Shown: in pieces, positions 44,891-56,380 of the stretch
How the letters are laid out: the number at the start of each line of letters is the position of its first letter
Numbering within the stretch: the first letter of the stretch is position 1
Assembly (NCBI RefSeq): GCF_009914755.1
Contig: NC_060926.1
Length of the DNA stretch: 64,000 bases
Reading direction: 5' to 3' (one strand)
Source: the human T2T-CHM13v2.0 reference genome, Homo sapiens
The notes under the pieces: model-generated
Told to the model about the DNA's origin: nothing
What the model saw: only the letters and a program-made list of their open reading frames with translations
The model's database searches: none
Position numbers and translations under genes: made by a program

Positions 44891-47800
44891 CAATACCTAG
44901 TTTATTGAGAGTTTTTAGCATGAAGCGGTGTTGAATTTTGTCTAAGGCCTTTTTTGCATCTACTGAGATAACCATGTGGTTTTTGTCACTGGTTCTGTTT
45001 ATGTGATGGATTATGTTTATTGATTTGCATATGATGAACCAGCCTTGCATCCCAGGTGTGAAGCTGACTTGATCGTGGTGGACAAGCTTTTTCATGTGCT
45101 GCTGGATTCTGATTGCCAGCATTTTATTGGCCTCATAAAATGAGTTATGGAGGATTCTCTCTTTTTCTATTGTTTGGAATGGTTTCAGAAGGAATGGTAG
45201 CAGCTCCTCTTTGTACCTCTGGTAGAATTTGGCTGTGAATCTTTCTGGTCCTGGACTTTTTTGGTTGGTAGGCTAATAATTACTGCCTCAATTTCAGAAC
45301 TTGTTATTGGTTTATTCAGGGATTCAACTTCTTCCTTGTTTAGAGTTGGGAGGGTGTATGTGTCCAGGAATTTATCCATTTCTTCTAGATTTTCTAGTTT
45401 ATTTGCATAGAGGTGTTTATAGTATTCTCTGATGGTAGTTTGTATTTCTGTGGGATCAGTGATGATATCTCCTTTATCGTTTTTTATTGTGTTGATTTGG
45501 TTCTTCTCTCTTTTCTTCTTTACGAGTCTGGCTAGTGGTCTATCTATTTTGTTGATCTTTTCTAAAAACCAGCTCCTGGATTCATTGATTTTTTGAAGGG
45601 TTTTCTGTATCTCTATCTCCTTCAGTTCTGCTCTGATCTTAGTTGTTTCTTGTCTTCTGCTAGCTTTTGAATTTGTTTGCTCTCACTTCTCTAGTTCTTT
45701 TAATTGTGATGTTAGGGCGTCAATTTTAGAACTTTCCTCCTTTCTCTTGTGGCCATTTAGTGCTATGAATTTCCCTCACACACTGCTTTAAATGTGTCCC
45801 AGAGATTCTGGCACATTGTGTCTTTGTTCTTATTGGTTTCAAAGAACATTTTTATTTCTGCCTTAATTTCGTTATTTACCCAGTAGTCATTCAGGAGCAG
45901 GCTGTTTAGTGTCCATGTAGTTGTGTGGTTTTGAGTGAGTGTCTTAATCCTGAGTTGTAGTTTGGTTGCACTGTGGTCTGAGAGACTGTTTGTTATGATT
46001 TCAGTTCTTTTGCATTTGCTGAGGAGTGTTTTACTTCCAATTATGTGGTCAATTTTAGAATAAATGTAATAAGGTGCTGAGAAGAATGTATATTCTGTTG
46101 ATTTGGGGTGGAGAGTTCTGTAGATGTCTATTAGGTCCACTTGGTCCAGAGCTGAGTTCAAATCCTGAATATTCTTGTTAATTTTCTGTGTTGTTGACCT
46201 GTGTAATATTGACAGTGGGGTGTTTAAAGTCTCCCACTATTATTGTGTGGGAGCTTACGTTTCTTTGTAGGTCTCTAAGAACTTGCTTTATGAATCTGGG
46301 TGCTTCTGTATTGGGTGCATATACATTTAGGATACTTAGCTCTTCTTGTTGCATTGACCCCTTTACCATTACACAATGGCCTTCTTTGTCTCTTTTGATC
46401 TTTGTTGTTTTAAAGTCTGTTTTCTCAGAGACCAGGATTGCAACTCCTGCTTTTTTTGTTGTTGTTGCTTTCCACTTGCTTGGTAAATAGTCCTCCATCC
46501 CTTTATTTTGAATCTATTTGTGTCTCTGCACGTGAGATGGGTCTCCTGAATACAGCACACTGATGGGTCTTGACTCTATACAATTTGCCAGTCTGTGTCT
46601 TTTAATTGGGGCATTTAACCCGTTTACATTAAACGTAAATATTTTTATGTGTGAATTTGATCCTGTCTTTCTGATGCTACCTTGTTATTTTGCCTGTTAG
46701 TTGATGCAATTTCTTCATAGTGTCAATGGTCTTTACAATTTGGCATGTTTTTGCCATGGCTGGTACTGGTCATTCCTTTCCATGTTTAGTGCTTCTTTCA
46801 GGAGCTCTTGTAAGGCAGGCCTGGTGGTGACAAAATCTCTCAGCATTTGCTTGTCTGTATAGGATTTTATTTCTCTTTTGCTTATGAAGCTTAGTTTGGC
46901 TGGATATGAAATTCTGGGTTGAAAATTCTTTTCTTTGAGAATGTTGAATATTGGCTCCCACTCTCTTCTGTTTTGTAGAGTTTCTGCAGAGAGATCCACT
47001 GTTAGTCTGATGGGCTTCCCTTTGTGGGTAATCCGACCTTTCTCTCTGGCTGCCCCTTAACATTTTTCCCTTCATTTCAACCTTGGTGAATCTGACGATT
47101 ATGTGTCTTGGGGTTGCTCTTCTCGAGGATTATCTTTGTGGTGTTCTCTTTATTTCTTGAATTTGAATGTTGGCCTGTCTTGCTAGGTTGGGGAAGTTCT
47201 CCTGGATAATATCCTGCAGAGTGTTTTCCAACTTGGTTCCATTCTCCCCATCACTTTCAGGTACACCAATCGAACATAGATTTGGTTTTTTCACATAGCT
47301 CCATATTTCTTGCAGCCTTTGTTCATTTATCTTCATTCTTTTCTCTAATCTTGTCTTCTCACTTTATTTCGTTAAGGTGCTCTTCAATCTCTGATATCCT
47401 TTTTTTCTGCTTGATTGATTTGGCTATTGATACTTGGGTATGCTTCAGGAAGTTGTCATGCTGTGTTTTTCAGCTCCCTCAGGTCGTTTATTTCTTCTCT
47501 AAACTGGTTATTTTAGTTAGCAATTTGTCTAACCTTTTTTCAAGGTTCTTAGCTTCATTGCATTGGGTTAGATCATGCTCCTTTTGCTCAGAGGAGTTTG
47601 TTATTACCCACCTTCTGAATCTTACTTCTGTCAATTCATCAAACTCATTTTCCATCCAGTTTTGTTCCCTTGCTGGCAAGAAGTTGTGATCTTTTGGAGG
47701 AGAAGAGGTGTTTTGGTTTTTGGAATTTTCAGCCTTTTTGCACTGGTTTCTCCCCATCTTCATGGATTTATTTAACTTTAGTCTTTGATGTTGGTGATCT

Positions 47801-48440
47801 CAGGATAGGGTCCCTGAGTGGACGTGCTATTCCTTTCTGTTTTTCGTTTCCCTTCTAACAGTCAGGCCTCTCTGCTGCAGTTCTGCTGGAGTTTGCTGGA
47901 GGTCCACTCTTTACTCTGTTTGCCTGGGTATCACCAGCAGAGGCTGCAGAACAGCTAATATTGCTGCCTGTTCTTTCCTCTGGAAGCTTCATCCCAGAGG
48001 GGCACCCGCCAGATGCCAGCTGCAGCTCTCCTGTATGAGGTGTCTGTCGGCCCCTACTAGGAGGTGTCTCCCAGTCAGGATACACGGGCGTCAGAGACCC
48101 ACTTGAGGAGGCAATCTGACCCTTAGCAGAGCTTGAATGCTGTGCTGGGAGGACCGCTGCTCTCTTCAGAGCCGTCAGGCAGGGATGTTTAAGTCTCCTG
48201 AAGCTGTGCCCACAGCTACCCCTTTCCCCAGGTGCTCTATCCCAGGGAGATGGGGATTTTATCTATAAGTCCCTGACTGAGACTGCTGCCTCTTTTTTTT
48301 AGAGATGCCCTGCCCAGAGAGGAGGAATTTAGACAGGTAGTCTGGCCACAGTGGCCTTGCTGAGCTGCGGTGGGCTCTGCCCAGTTTGAACTTCCTTTGT
48401 TTATACTGTGAGGGTAAAACCACCTACTGAAGCCTCAGCA

Positions 48441-48692
48441 ATGGTGGATGCCCCTCCCCACACCAAGCTCAAGTGTCTCAGGCTGACCTCAGACTGTTGT
48501 GCTGGCAGTGAGAATTTCAAGCTAGTGGATCTTAGTTTGCTGGGCTCCATGGGGGTGGGACCCACCGAGCCAGACCACTTGGCTCCCTGGCTTCAGTCCC
48601 CCTTCCAGGGGAGTGAACAGTTCTGTCTCACTAGTGTTCCAGGCACCACTAAGGTATGGAAAAAACAAACAAACAAACACTCCTGCAGCTAG
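48441..48692 (+). CDS. L1 antisense ORF0 homologue (83 aa, expression unknown)
   Basis: gcaATGG start; MVDAPPHTKL...SDCCAGSE...GSMGVGPTEP resembles the recalled L1HS ORF0 N-terminus MAGAPPPASL...SDCCASNQ..SVGVGPSEP. Confidence 0.4.
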   Translation: MVDAPPHTKLKCLRLTSDCCAGSENFKLVDLSLLGSMGVGPTEPDHLAPWLQSPFQGSEQFCLTSVPGTTKVWKKQTNKHSCS

Positions 48693-49067
48693 TTCAGTGT
48701 CTGCCTGAATGGCCACCCAATTTTGTGCTTGAAACCCAGGGCCCTTGTGGCATAGGCATGGGAGGGAATCTCCCGGTCTGCAGGTTGCAGAGACCGTGGG
48801 AAAAGCACAGTATCTGGGCCAGAGTGTACCATTCTTCATGCGCAGTCCCTCACGACTTTCTTTGGGTAGGGGAGAGAATTCCCTGACCCCTTGTGCTTCC
48901 CAGGTGAGGCGACACCCCACCCTGCTTCAGCTCATCCTCCATGGGCTGAATCCACTGTCCAACCAGTCCCAGTGAGATGAACCAGGTATCTTGGTTGGAA
49001 ATGCAGAAATCACCTGCCTTCTGTGTTGGTCTTGTTGGGAGCTGCAGGCTGGAGCTGTTCCTATTCA

Positions 49068-49076
49068 GCCATCTTG
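49068..49076 (-). promoter_or_regulatory. YY1 site at L1PA 5' end
   Basis: Minus strand CAAGATGGC about 12 bp from the element start, the known L1 initiator position. Confidence 0.75.
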
Positions 49077-49658
49077 CCAGCAATCCCAGATGATCATATA
49101 GTTTTGTGCTTCATTTTGTTGATGTGATGCAACCCATTTACTGATTTGCATATATTGAGCCATCCTTTCATTCATGATCAAGTGGGAGAATAAATCCCAC
49201 TTGATCATGGTGCATTATCTCCTTGATATGCTGTTGGATTTGGTTTGCTAGTATTTTGTTGAGAATTTTTGTGTCCATGTTCATCAGGGATATTTTGTGG
49301 TGCCCTTGTCTGTTTTTTTAATTACAATAATGCTGGCCCAAAGAAGGAGGTAGAGAGAATTCTATCCTCTTCCATTTTTTGTAATGGTTTCAGGAAGATT
49401 GGTATTAGTTTTTCTTTGTACATTTAGTAGAATTTGGCTGTGAATCCATCTAGTCCTGGGCTTTTCCTTGTTGGGAGTCTTTTTATTACTCATTTCATCC
49501 TGATATTCATTACTGGTCTGATCAGGTTTTCTGTTTATTCCTGATTCAATCTTGGGAGGTTGTATGTTTCCAGGAATTTATCCATTCCTCTAGGTTTCCC
49601 AATTTGTTAGTGTATACTTGTTTATAATAGTCACTGACGATCTTTTGTATTTCTGTGG

Positions 49659-51347
49659 TGATATGGTTTGGATTTGTGTCCTCACCCAAATCTCATTGTC
49701 AAATTGTAATCACCAATGTTGGAGGAGGGGCTTATATGGGAGGTAATTGGATCATGGGGGGCAGATTTCCCCCTTGCTGTTCTTGTGATAGTGAGTTTTC
49801 ATGAGATATGGTTGTTTAAAAGTGTGTGGCACCTCTCCCCCCTTCCTCCTGCTCTGGACATGTAAGATATGCCTCCTTCCTTTTCACCTTCTGCCATAAT
49901 TGTAAGTTTCCTGAGACCTCCCCAGCCATACTTCCTGTACAGACTGTGGGACTGTGAGCCAATTAAACCTCTTTTGTTTATGAATTACCCAGTCTCAGGT
50001 AGTTCTTCATAGCAATGCAAGAATGGTACCAATACAGAAATTTGGTATCAGGAAGTGATGCCTTGCTATAAAAATACCTGAAAATGTGGAAGGAACTTTG
50101 GAGCTGAGTAATGGGTAGAATTTGGAACAGTTTGGAGAGCTCAGAAGAAGACAGAAACATGAGGGAAAGTTTTGAACTTCCCAGAGACTAGTTGAATGTT
50201 GTGACCAAAATGCTGATAGTGATATGGACAGTGAAGTCCAGGCTGAGGTGGTCTCAGATGCAGAAGAGGAACTTACTGGGAACTGGAGTAAAGGTCACTC
50301 TTGCTATGCTTTAGCACAGAGACTGGTGACATTGTGTCCCTGCTCTAGGGATCTATGGGACGTTGAACTTGATACTGGTGATTTAGGGTATCTGGCAGAA
50401 GAAATTTCTAAGCAGCAAAGCATTCAACATGTGGCCTGGCTGCTTCTAACAGTGTATGGTCATATATGTGAGCAAAGAGGTGATCTGAAATTAGAACTTA
50501 TATTTAAGGAGAGCATAAAAGTTTAGAAAATTTGCAGCCTGACCATGTGGTAGAAAAGAAAAACTTATTTTCTGGGGAGGAATTCAAGCCAGCCACAGAA
50601 ATTTGTGTTAAGTAACAAGGAGGTGACTGTTAACAGTCAAGACAATGGGGAAAATACCTCAAAGGAATTTCAGAGACCTTTGTGGAAGCCCCTCCTATCA
50701 CAGGCCTGGAGGCTTAGGAGGAAAGAATAGTTTCATGGGCCAGGCCTAGGACCCTGCAGCCTGCACAGCCTCTGGACACTGCTCACTGCATCTCAGCCAC
50801 CCCAGTTTCAGCTGTGGCTAAAAGGGCCCCACATACATCTCAGGCTGCTCTTCCAGAAAGTGCAAGTCATAATTGTTGGTGGCTTTCATGTGGTTTTAAG
50901 CTGTGGGTATGCAGAGGGTAAGAGTTGAGGCTTGGGAGCCTCCACCTAGATTTCAGAGGATGTATGGAAATGCCTAGATGTCCACGAAGAAGTCTACTGC
51001 AGGGGCTTTTGAGTTAATGCTGGAATGAGTTAAGACTTGGGGGACTGTTAAGAAGAGATGACTGTATTTTGCAATGTGAAAAGGACATGATATTTGAGAG
51101 GGGCCAGGGGCAGAATGATGTGGTTTATATTTATGTCCCTGCCCAAATCTCATGTTGAATTGTAATCCTCAATGTTGGGGGAGGGGCCCTTTGCCATGAT
51201 TGTAAGTTTCCTGAGGCATCCCCACACATGCTTCTGGTATGGCCTGTGGTACTATGAGTCAGTTAAATCTCTTTTATTTAGAAATTACCCAATCTCATGT
51301 AGGTTTTTTTTTTTATTTATATAGCAATGTGAGAACAAACTAATACA
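49659..51347 (+). mobile_element. Two-LTR MSTA-like MaLR element (5' LTR 49659-50036, internal 50037-51115, 3' LTR 51116-51347) with deletions
   Basis: tgatatggtttggatttgtgtc...aataca LTRs; perfect TSD tgtgg at 49654 and 51348; internal ORF 50224-50526 GNWSKGHSCYALA...LGYLAEEISKQQ. Confidence 0.93.
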
Positions 51348-52454
51348 TGTGGTATCAGTTGTAATCTCTTCTTCTTCGTTTCTGAGTTTTCTCTCCTCTT
51401 TTTTTGGTTAGTCTAGCTAAGTGGCTTATCAATTTTATCTTTCTGAAGAATGAACTTTTTGTTTCACTAATTTTTTGTGTTTTTCTAGTCTCTGTTTCAT
51501 TTACTTCTGCTCTAATCTCTGTTATTTTTTTTTCTTCTGCTAATTTTAGGTTTTGCTTATTCTTGTTTTTCTAGTTCCTTAAGGTGCATTGTTATTTTTA
51601 ATTAAACATTTTTGGTAATTGTAGAAGACATCCAATAGGTGCATTGTTAGAATATTAATCTGTAATCTTGCTACTTTTTTGATGTAGGCATTTATTGCTA
51701 TAAACTTCCCTCTTAGCACTGTTTCTGCTGTGTCCTGCAGGTTTTGGTGTGTTGACTTGCATTTGTTTCAAAAATTTTTTTTATCTCTATCTTAATTTCT
51801 TCATTGACCTAATGGTCATAGAGGAGCATGTTGTTAATTAGGGTTATGGTAATCTATTTTTATAGTTTCCAAAGTTTATCTTGGAATTCCTTTGTAGCTT
51901 TATTCCACTGTGGTCTGAGAAGATACTTGATATAATTTTGATGTTTAAAAATTTGTTGAGACTTGTTTTTGGCCTAGCATGTGATCTATCCTGGAGAATG
52001 TTCTAAGTGCTAATGAAAAAAAGTGTACATTGTGCAGTTGTTGGATGGAATATTCTGTAAATGTCTGTTAGGTCCATTTGGTCTAAAGTCCAGTTTAAAT
52101 ATAATGTTTCTTTGTTGAAATTTCTGTCTTGATGATATGTCTAATGCTGACAGTAGGGTGTTTAAGTCCCTCAGTATTATTGTGTTCAGTGTATCCTTCT
52201 CTTTAGGTCTAGAATATTTGCTTTATGAATCTTTGTGCTCCAGTGTTGGGCCCATATATATTTAAGATTTATATATCCTCTAGTTGGATCAATCCCTTTA
52301 TATAATTTTCTTCTTTGTCTTTTTTTTTTTTTACTGTTTTTGACTTAACGTCTGTTTCATGTGATATACATATAGCTATTAATGCTTACTTCCTGTTTCT
52401 GTTTGCATGGAATATCTTTTTCCATCCCTTTACTTTCAATCTATATGTGTCTCT

Positions 52455-52520
52455 ACTGGTAAGGTGAGTTTCTTGTAAGAAACTTATTACAGTTGCTTAT
52501 AAGAAACTCACCTTACCAGT
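52455..52520. repeat. 25-bp inverted repeat with 16-bp spacer
   Basis: actggtaaggtgagtttcttgtaag / cttataagaaactcaccttaccagt, 24 of 25 complementary. Confidence 0.95.
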
Positions 52521-52596
52521 TATAGTTATAATAAGTTATAGTTAACGTATTGTAGTTGGGTCATGTTTTTAAAAGTCCATTTAGCCATGATATATC

Positions 52597-52660
52597 TTTT
52601 TTTCTTTTTGAGACAGAGTCTCACTCTGTCCCCCAGGCTGGAGTGCAGTGGCACAATCTC
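52597..52660 (-). mobile_element. Severely 5'-truncated Alu
   Basis: T tail plus gagacagagtctcactctgtc...gcacaatctc; degenerate TSD tagccat...atatctttt at 52582 and 52661. Confidence 0.9.
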
Positions 52661-55600
52661 TAGCCATTCGATATCTTTTAAGTGAAGCATTTAATTCATG
52701 TTTGAGGTTATTATTGATATGTGAGGTTTTGTTCCTGTCTATTTATAATTGTTTTCTGGTTGTTTTATATATACATACTTTCTTCATTTTTCTCATATTG
52801 TTTCTCAGTGTGGTTTGGTGGATTTCTATAGTAGTATCATTTGAGTCCTTTCTTTTCCTCATTTGTGTGACTGCTTTACCAGTGAGTTTTATACTTTTAT
52901 GTGTTTTCATTATTGTAAATATCCCTTTGGTTTCAGGTTTAGGACTTTCTTGAGCATTTCTTGTAGGGTTGGTCTAGTGGTAATGAATTCCCTCTGGATT
53001 TGATTGTCTGGGAAAGGCTTTATCTCTCCTTCATTTACAAAGGATTATTTTGCTGAGTATAGCATTCTTGGCTGACAGTTATTTTCTTTTAGCACTGTGA
53101 ATATGTCATTCAGTTCTCTTCTGGCTTGTAAGATTTCTGCTGAGAAATCCACTGTTAGTTTAATGGAGTTTCCTTTAGAGGTGACTAGATGCTTTTTTCT
53201 TGCTGTTCTTAGGATTTACTCTTTATCTTGGACTTTAGGCAGTTTGACTATAACGGGCTGTGGAGAAGATCTTTTTGCATTTGTATCTTCCTGGGGATTG
53301 CTAAGCCTCCTGTATCTGGATGTTTATATTTCTTGCCAGACTTGAGAAGTTTTCATCTATTATTTCATTAAAAAAGTTTTCCAATCCTTTTATTCTCTAT
53401 TTGCCCTTAGGGTTACTGACAATTCTTTTTGGTTGCTTTATGTTTTCCCAAATGTTACAAAAGCTTTGCTTATTCTTTTTTATTGTTTTCTTTATTTTTG
53501 TCTGACTGGATTATTCAAAAGACTTAAGTTCTGAAATTCTTCTACTTGAAGAAAGAATCTATTCAACTATCTATTGTTGAAGCTGTTGAATGTATTTTGT
53601 GTTTCATTCAATGATGTCTTCAGTTTCAGAAGTCCTCCTTAGTTCTTTAATAGAATGTCTATTAATGCCTCTTTAATAGAATGTCCATTAGAATGTTTCT
53701 TTATTAAATTTCTCATTCTTATCCTGAATTGTTTTTCTGACTCCTCTGTATTATATTTCAGGATTCTCTTGTGTCTTGCTAAGTTTAAAAATCAGTAATT
53801 AAATTATTTACCTGGGACTTTATAAAGTTGTTCTTGATTGGTGTCTGTTGTTTAAGAATTATTGTATTCTTTTGAAGGTACTATATTTCCTTGCTTTTTT
53901 ATGTTTCTGTGTCTGTGTCCTTACATCGATATCTGTGCATCTGGTGTAACAGCCACTTCTTCCAATTTTTTGAATCTGCTTTTATAGGGGAGATTTTTTT
54001 TCCCTATAGATGTATCTACATTGTTGGTCACATTGGGTGCTTTGGCTTTGATTTGGGGTGCATGTATGGATGTAATCTCTGTATGATTTCTTTGACTGCA
54101 AACAGTGCCACTGGCACCTGTGATTTCCTTGTTGGCTTTAGAGTGGTTATTACTGGAGTCCGTGATAAAGTTTTGCCAGGGACTGGGATGCCAGGGTGGG
54201 TCAGTCTTCAGGTTCCAGGGATGGCAGTGGTGTGCTGAGCACACCTGTCTTTGGGACTCAGGGTGGCATACACTGGTACCAGTGTTAGTTGGTCCAGGAA
54301 GATTGATGCTTGGGTCTCCAGGTGGCTTGCTCAGAGGCCAGTAATGGCAGTGGTGGGCTGGGTGTGTTGGTGGGCTCTTGGGTCTGTGGGTAGCAGATGT
54401 GATGTGCAACAAGGGCAGTAGTGGTGGTGGACCAATCCACTGGAATCCAAATGGACCATGTTGATGCTGGTGGTGACCATGACAGGTTGGGTGTTTCAGT
54501 CACTTGGCCTGCTGGTGGTGCATGAGGGTGGGTGCCAGCTGTGGTGGTCATTGGCAGGTTGTGATGGCCTGACCTCAGACCCTGGGAGAAGTGTTCAGGT
54601 GCAAATGGTGATGGACTGTGCTGGGTGGTTTCCAGGTTCCTGGATGGCATGCTCAAGTACTAGGGAGAGAGGACGAGGCTGACAGACTTGTCCTCAGGCC
54701 CCCTGGTAGTACATTCAGTCACTGGCTGAGATAAGCAGGGATGGAGTGATCTCCAGTCCATGGGCAGAATGGTCATGTGTGAGTGGTGATGGCTGTGCTG
54801 CAGGCCTTCCACTGGGGAGGGTGAGGCTATTCTCAGTGGGAGCAGTGTAGACAGGTAGCTTTGGGATGCATGGTTTCCTTGTACCTTGGTTCTACAGCAG
54901 CCTGCAGTGGCGGTGGTGGTATTCATCTTTGTGGTGTGTGAAATCCCAGCCTGTCTTCTCCCTCCTTGGCTAGGCAGTGACAATAGAAGCATCAGCCCTG
55001 GCCCCAAGGTAAGATGCAGCCGTTAGGAGTTTGGGCCGTCAGAATGGTGCTGGCTGCAGGCCTGTGATCTGGGAAGGCAGGGCCCCTCTGCTGGAGTGAC
55101 ATATGTGGGTTGCAGTGCGGAGTGTGGTTTCTTGCCCTTTGGTCCTAAAGCAGCCCACAGCAGTGGCAGTGGGGTTTGTCTTCATGGCATGTGAAAGTGC
55201 CTACTCTCCCCTCTCCCTCCTTGGCCTGGGGTGGCAGCAGTCCAGTTGGACCCAGGGCAGGACATGTTTCTTTGGGGGCTTAGCTCTCAGATTGGCACCA
55301 AGCTGCAGCTTCTCAGGGCTTGGAAGCCTGTGGGATTCAGTGTGAGCTTCCTCTCTGGAGCAGTGCCTCTGTGCAATCTCTAGGCACCTCTCTGTGTTAG
55401 TCTCAAGGCCTGCATGGGTCAAGGGGCTCTCCCACATCTAGAATTGTAAAAGTCTGTGGCAGGACGGAGGAGGCCTGGGGGACTCTCACTTTCCCTTTCC
55501 TCACATTTTGGTTCCCAGCTGATCCTGGTTGAGCAGGCTGCCTGGCTTGCCTGTCCTTCTCTTCTTCAATAGCTTCCTGACTCTTGTGTGTTGAGTCCCA

Positions 55601-55819
55601 GTGTCTCTCTTAGGTGATCTATTGATCTAAAGTGGGAATATCTACCTGCTGGTTTTGTTTCTCTTGTGGAGGAGGTACACATGGCTACATTTAGTCAGCC
55701 ATTTTGAACTGGGTCCTTTAAATTTTTGGTAGAATGGTTACATGTGCATCTTAGAGTCAGTGAAACAGGGTGTATCTATGCCCATCTATTTTTATCTACA
55801 TAAAAGGGTCATATTATTC

Positions 55820-55950
55820 ACACTGTTTCCCATCTTGCAGAGAGGCTAAATAAATATTACCAGGCCACACCTCTAGTAATGGGAGGAGCCAGAATTTGAA
55901 ACAGATTCATCTGTTATGAAAGCACATATTTTTAATCACTGTCATATCTG
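55820..55950 (-). mobile_element. MIR fragment
   Basis: cccatcttgcag...gccacacctctagtaatgggaggagccagaatttgaaac. Confidence 0.65.
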
Positions 55951-56194
55951 CCTCCCGGAGGGCACACTTGGGACCAATAGAGGCACCAGGGAAGCAGAGC
56001 CAGAATCAACATAAGCAACAACTCCAACAGTTCAGCCTGTTCAAGCAATTGCCTGCCTTGTGAAGGAGTCAACCAGATGCAGTCACATTTTGGCCAAATG
56101 ACCTTCAGTTCTAGGTTTTATGAAAATAATTTATTTGGGTCTCAAATTTAGAGTAGGGAAGCTTTCCCAGGACAAACTCAAGGGCAGGTTAAGC

Positions 56195-56380
56195 AGCTGG
56201 TAGTTGAGTGTGCTTTAAGTGGAAGGCACAAGCCAAGGTTCTTGCCTCCACTCTGCCCAAATTCACCATGAAACGTTGAGCCGATTGTGTGTTTGTGCCT
56301 CAGGTTCCTCATCTGTGCAATGGGAGAAGCTGGACTTAATGTACATGGATAAACCTTCTAGCTCATTGATTCCATGACTA
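56195..56380 (+). mobile_element. MIR fragment
   Basis: ggttcttgcctccactctgcc...gtgcctcaggttcctcatctgtgcaatggg. Confidence 0.7.

Larger units (their letters stand above)
42403..49088 (-). mobile_element. Full-length L1PA7-like element, inactive
   Basis: (ATT)n tail; ORF2 pieces incl. [15 protein letters not shown] (44037-44477) and EN (45763-46560); ORF1 pieces 46733-47763; 5' UTR to 49088; TSD gatgatcata(g/t)agtttt at 42386 and 49089. Confidence 0.95.
40030..55715 (-). mobile_element. Near full-length L1MA (L1MA1-4 group) in three pieces: 40030-42402, 49089-49658, 51348-55715
   Basis: 3' end gtgatcaagccagggtatttagg; ORF2 sequence continues across both nested inserts; ORF1 region near 52950-53900; GC-richer 5' UTR ending tagtcagccattttg. 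Confidence 0.88.

Noticed and set aside
42403-49088. Retrotransposition-competent L1
   Set aside because: ORF1 and ORF2 are fragmented, an Alu sits in ORF2, and there is an internal deletion near 45130.
50224-50526. Host gene for the 100-aa ORF
   Set aside because: MaLR internal ORF remnant; the same peptide appears in the MSTB at 27557-27778.
53891-55437. Cluster of 74-163 aa ORFs in GC-richer DNA
   Set aside because: Falls in the L1MA 5' UTR; CpG-depleted, so not an island or gene.
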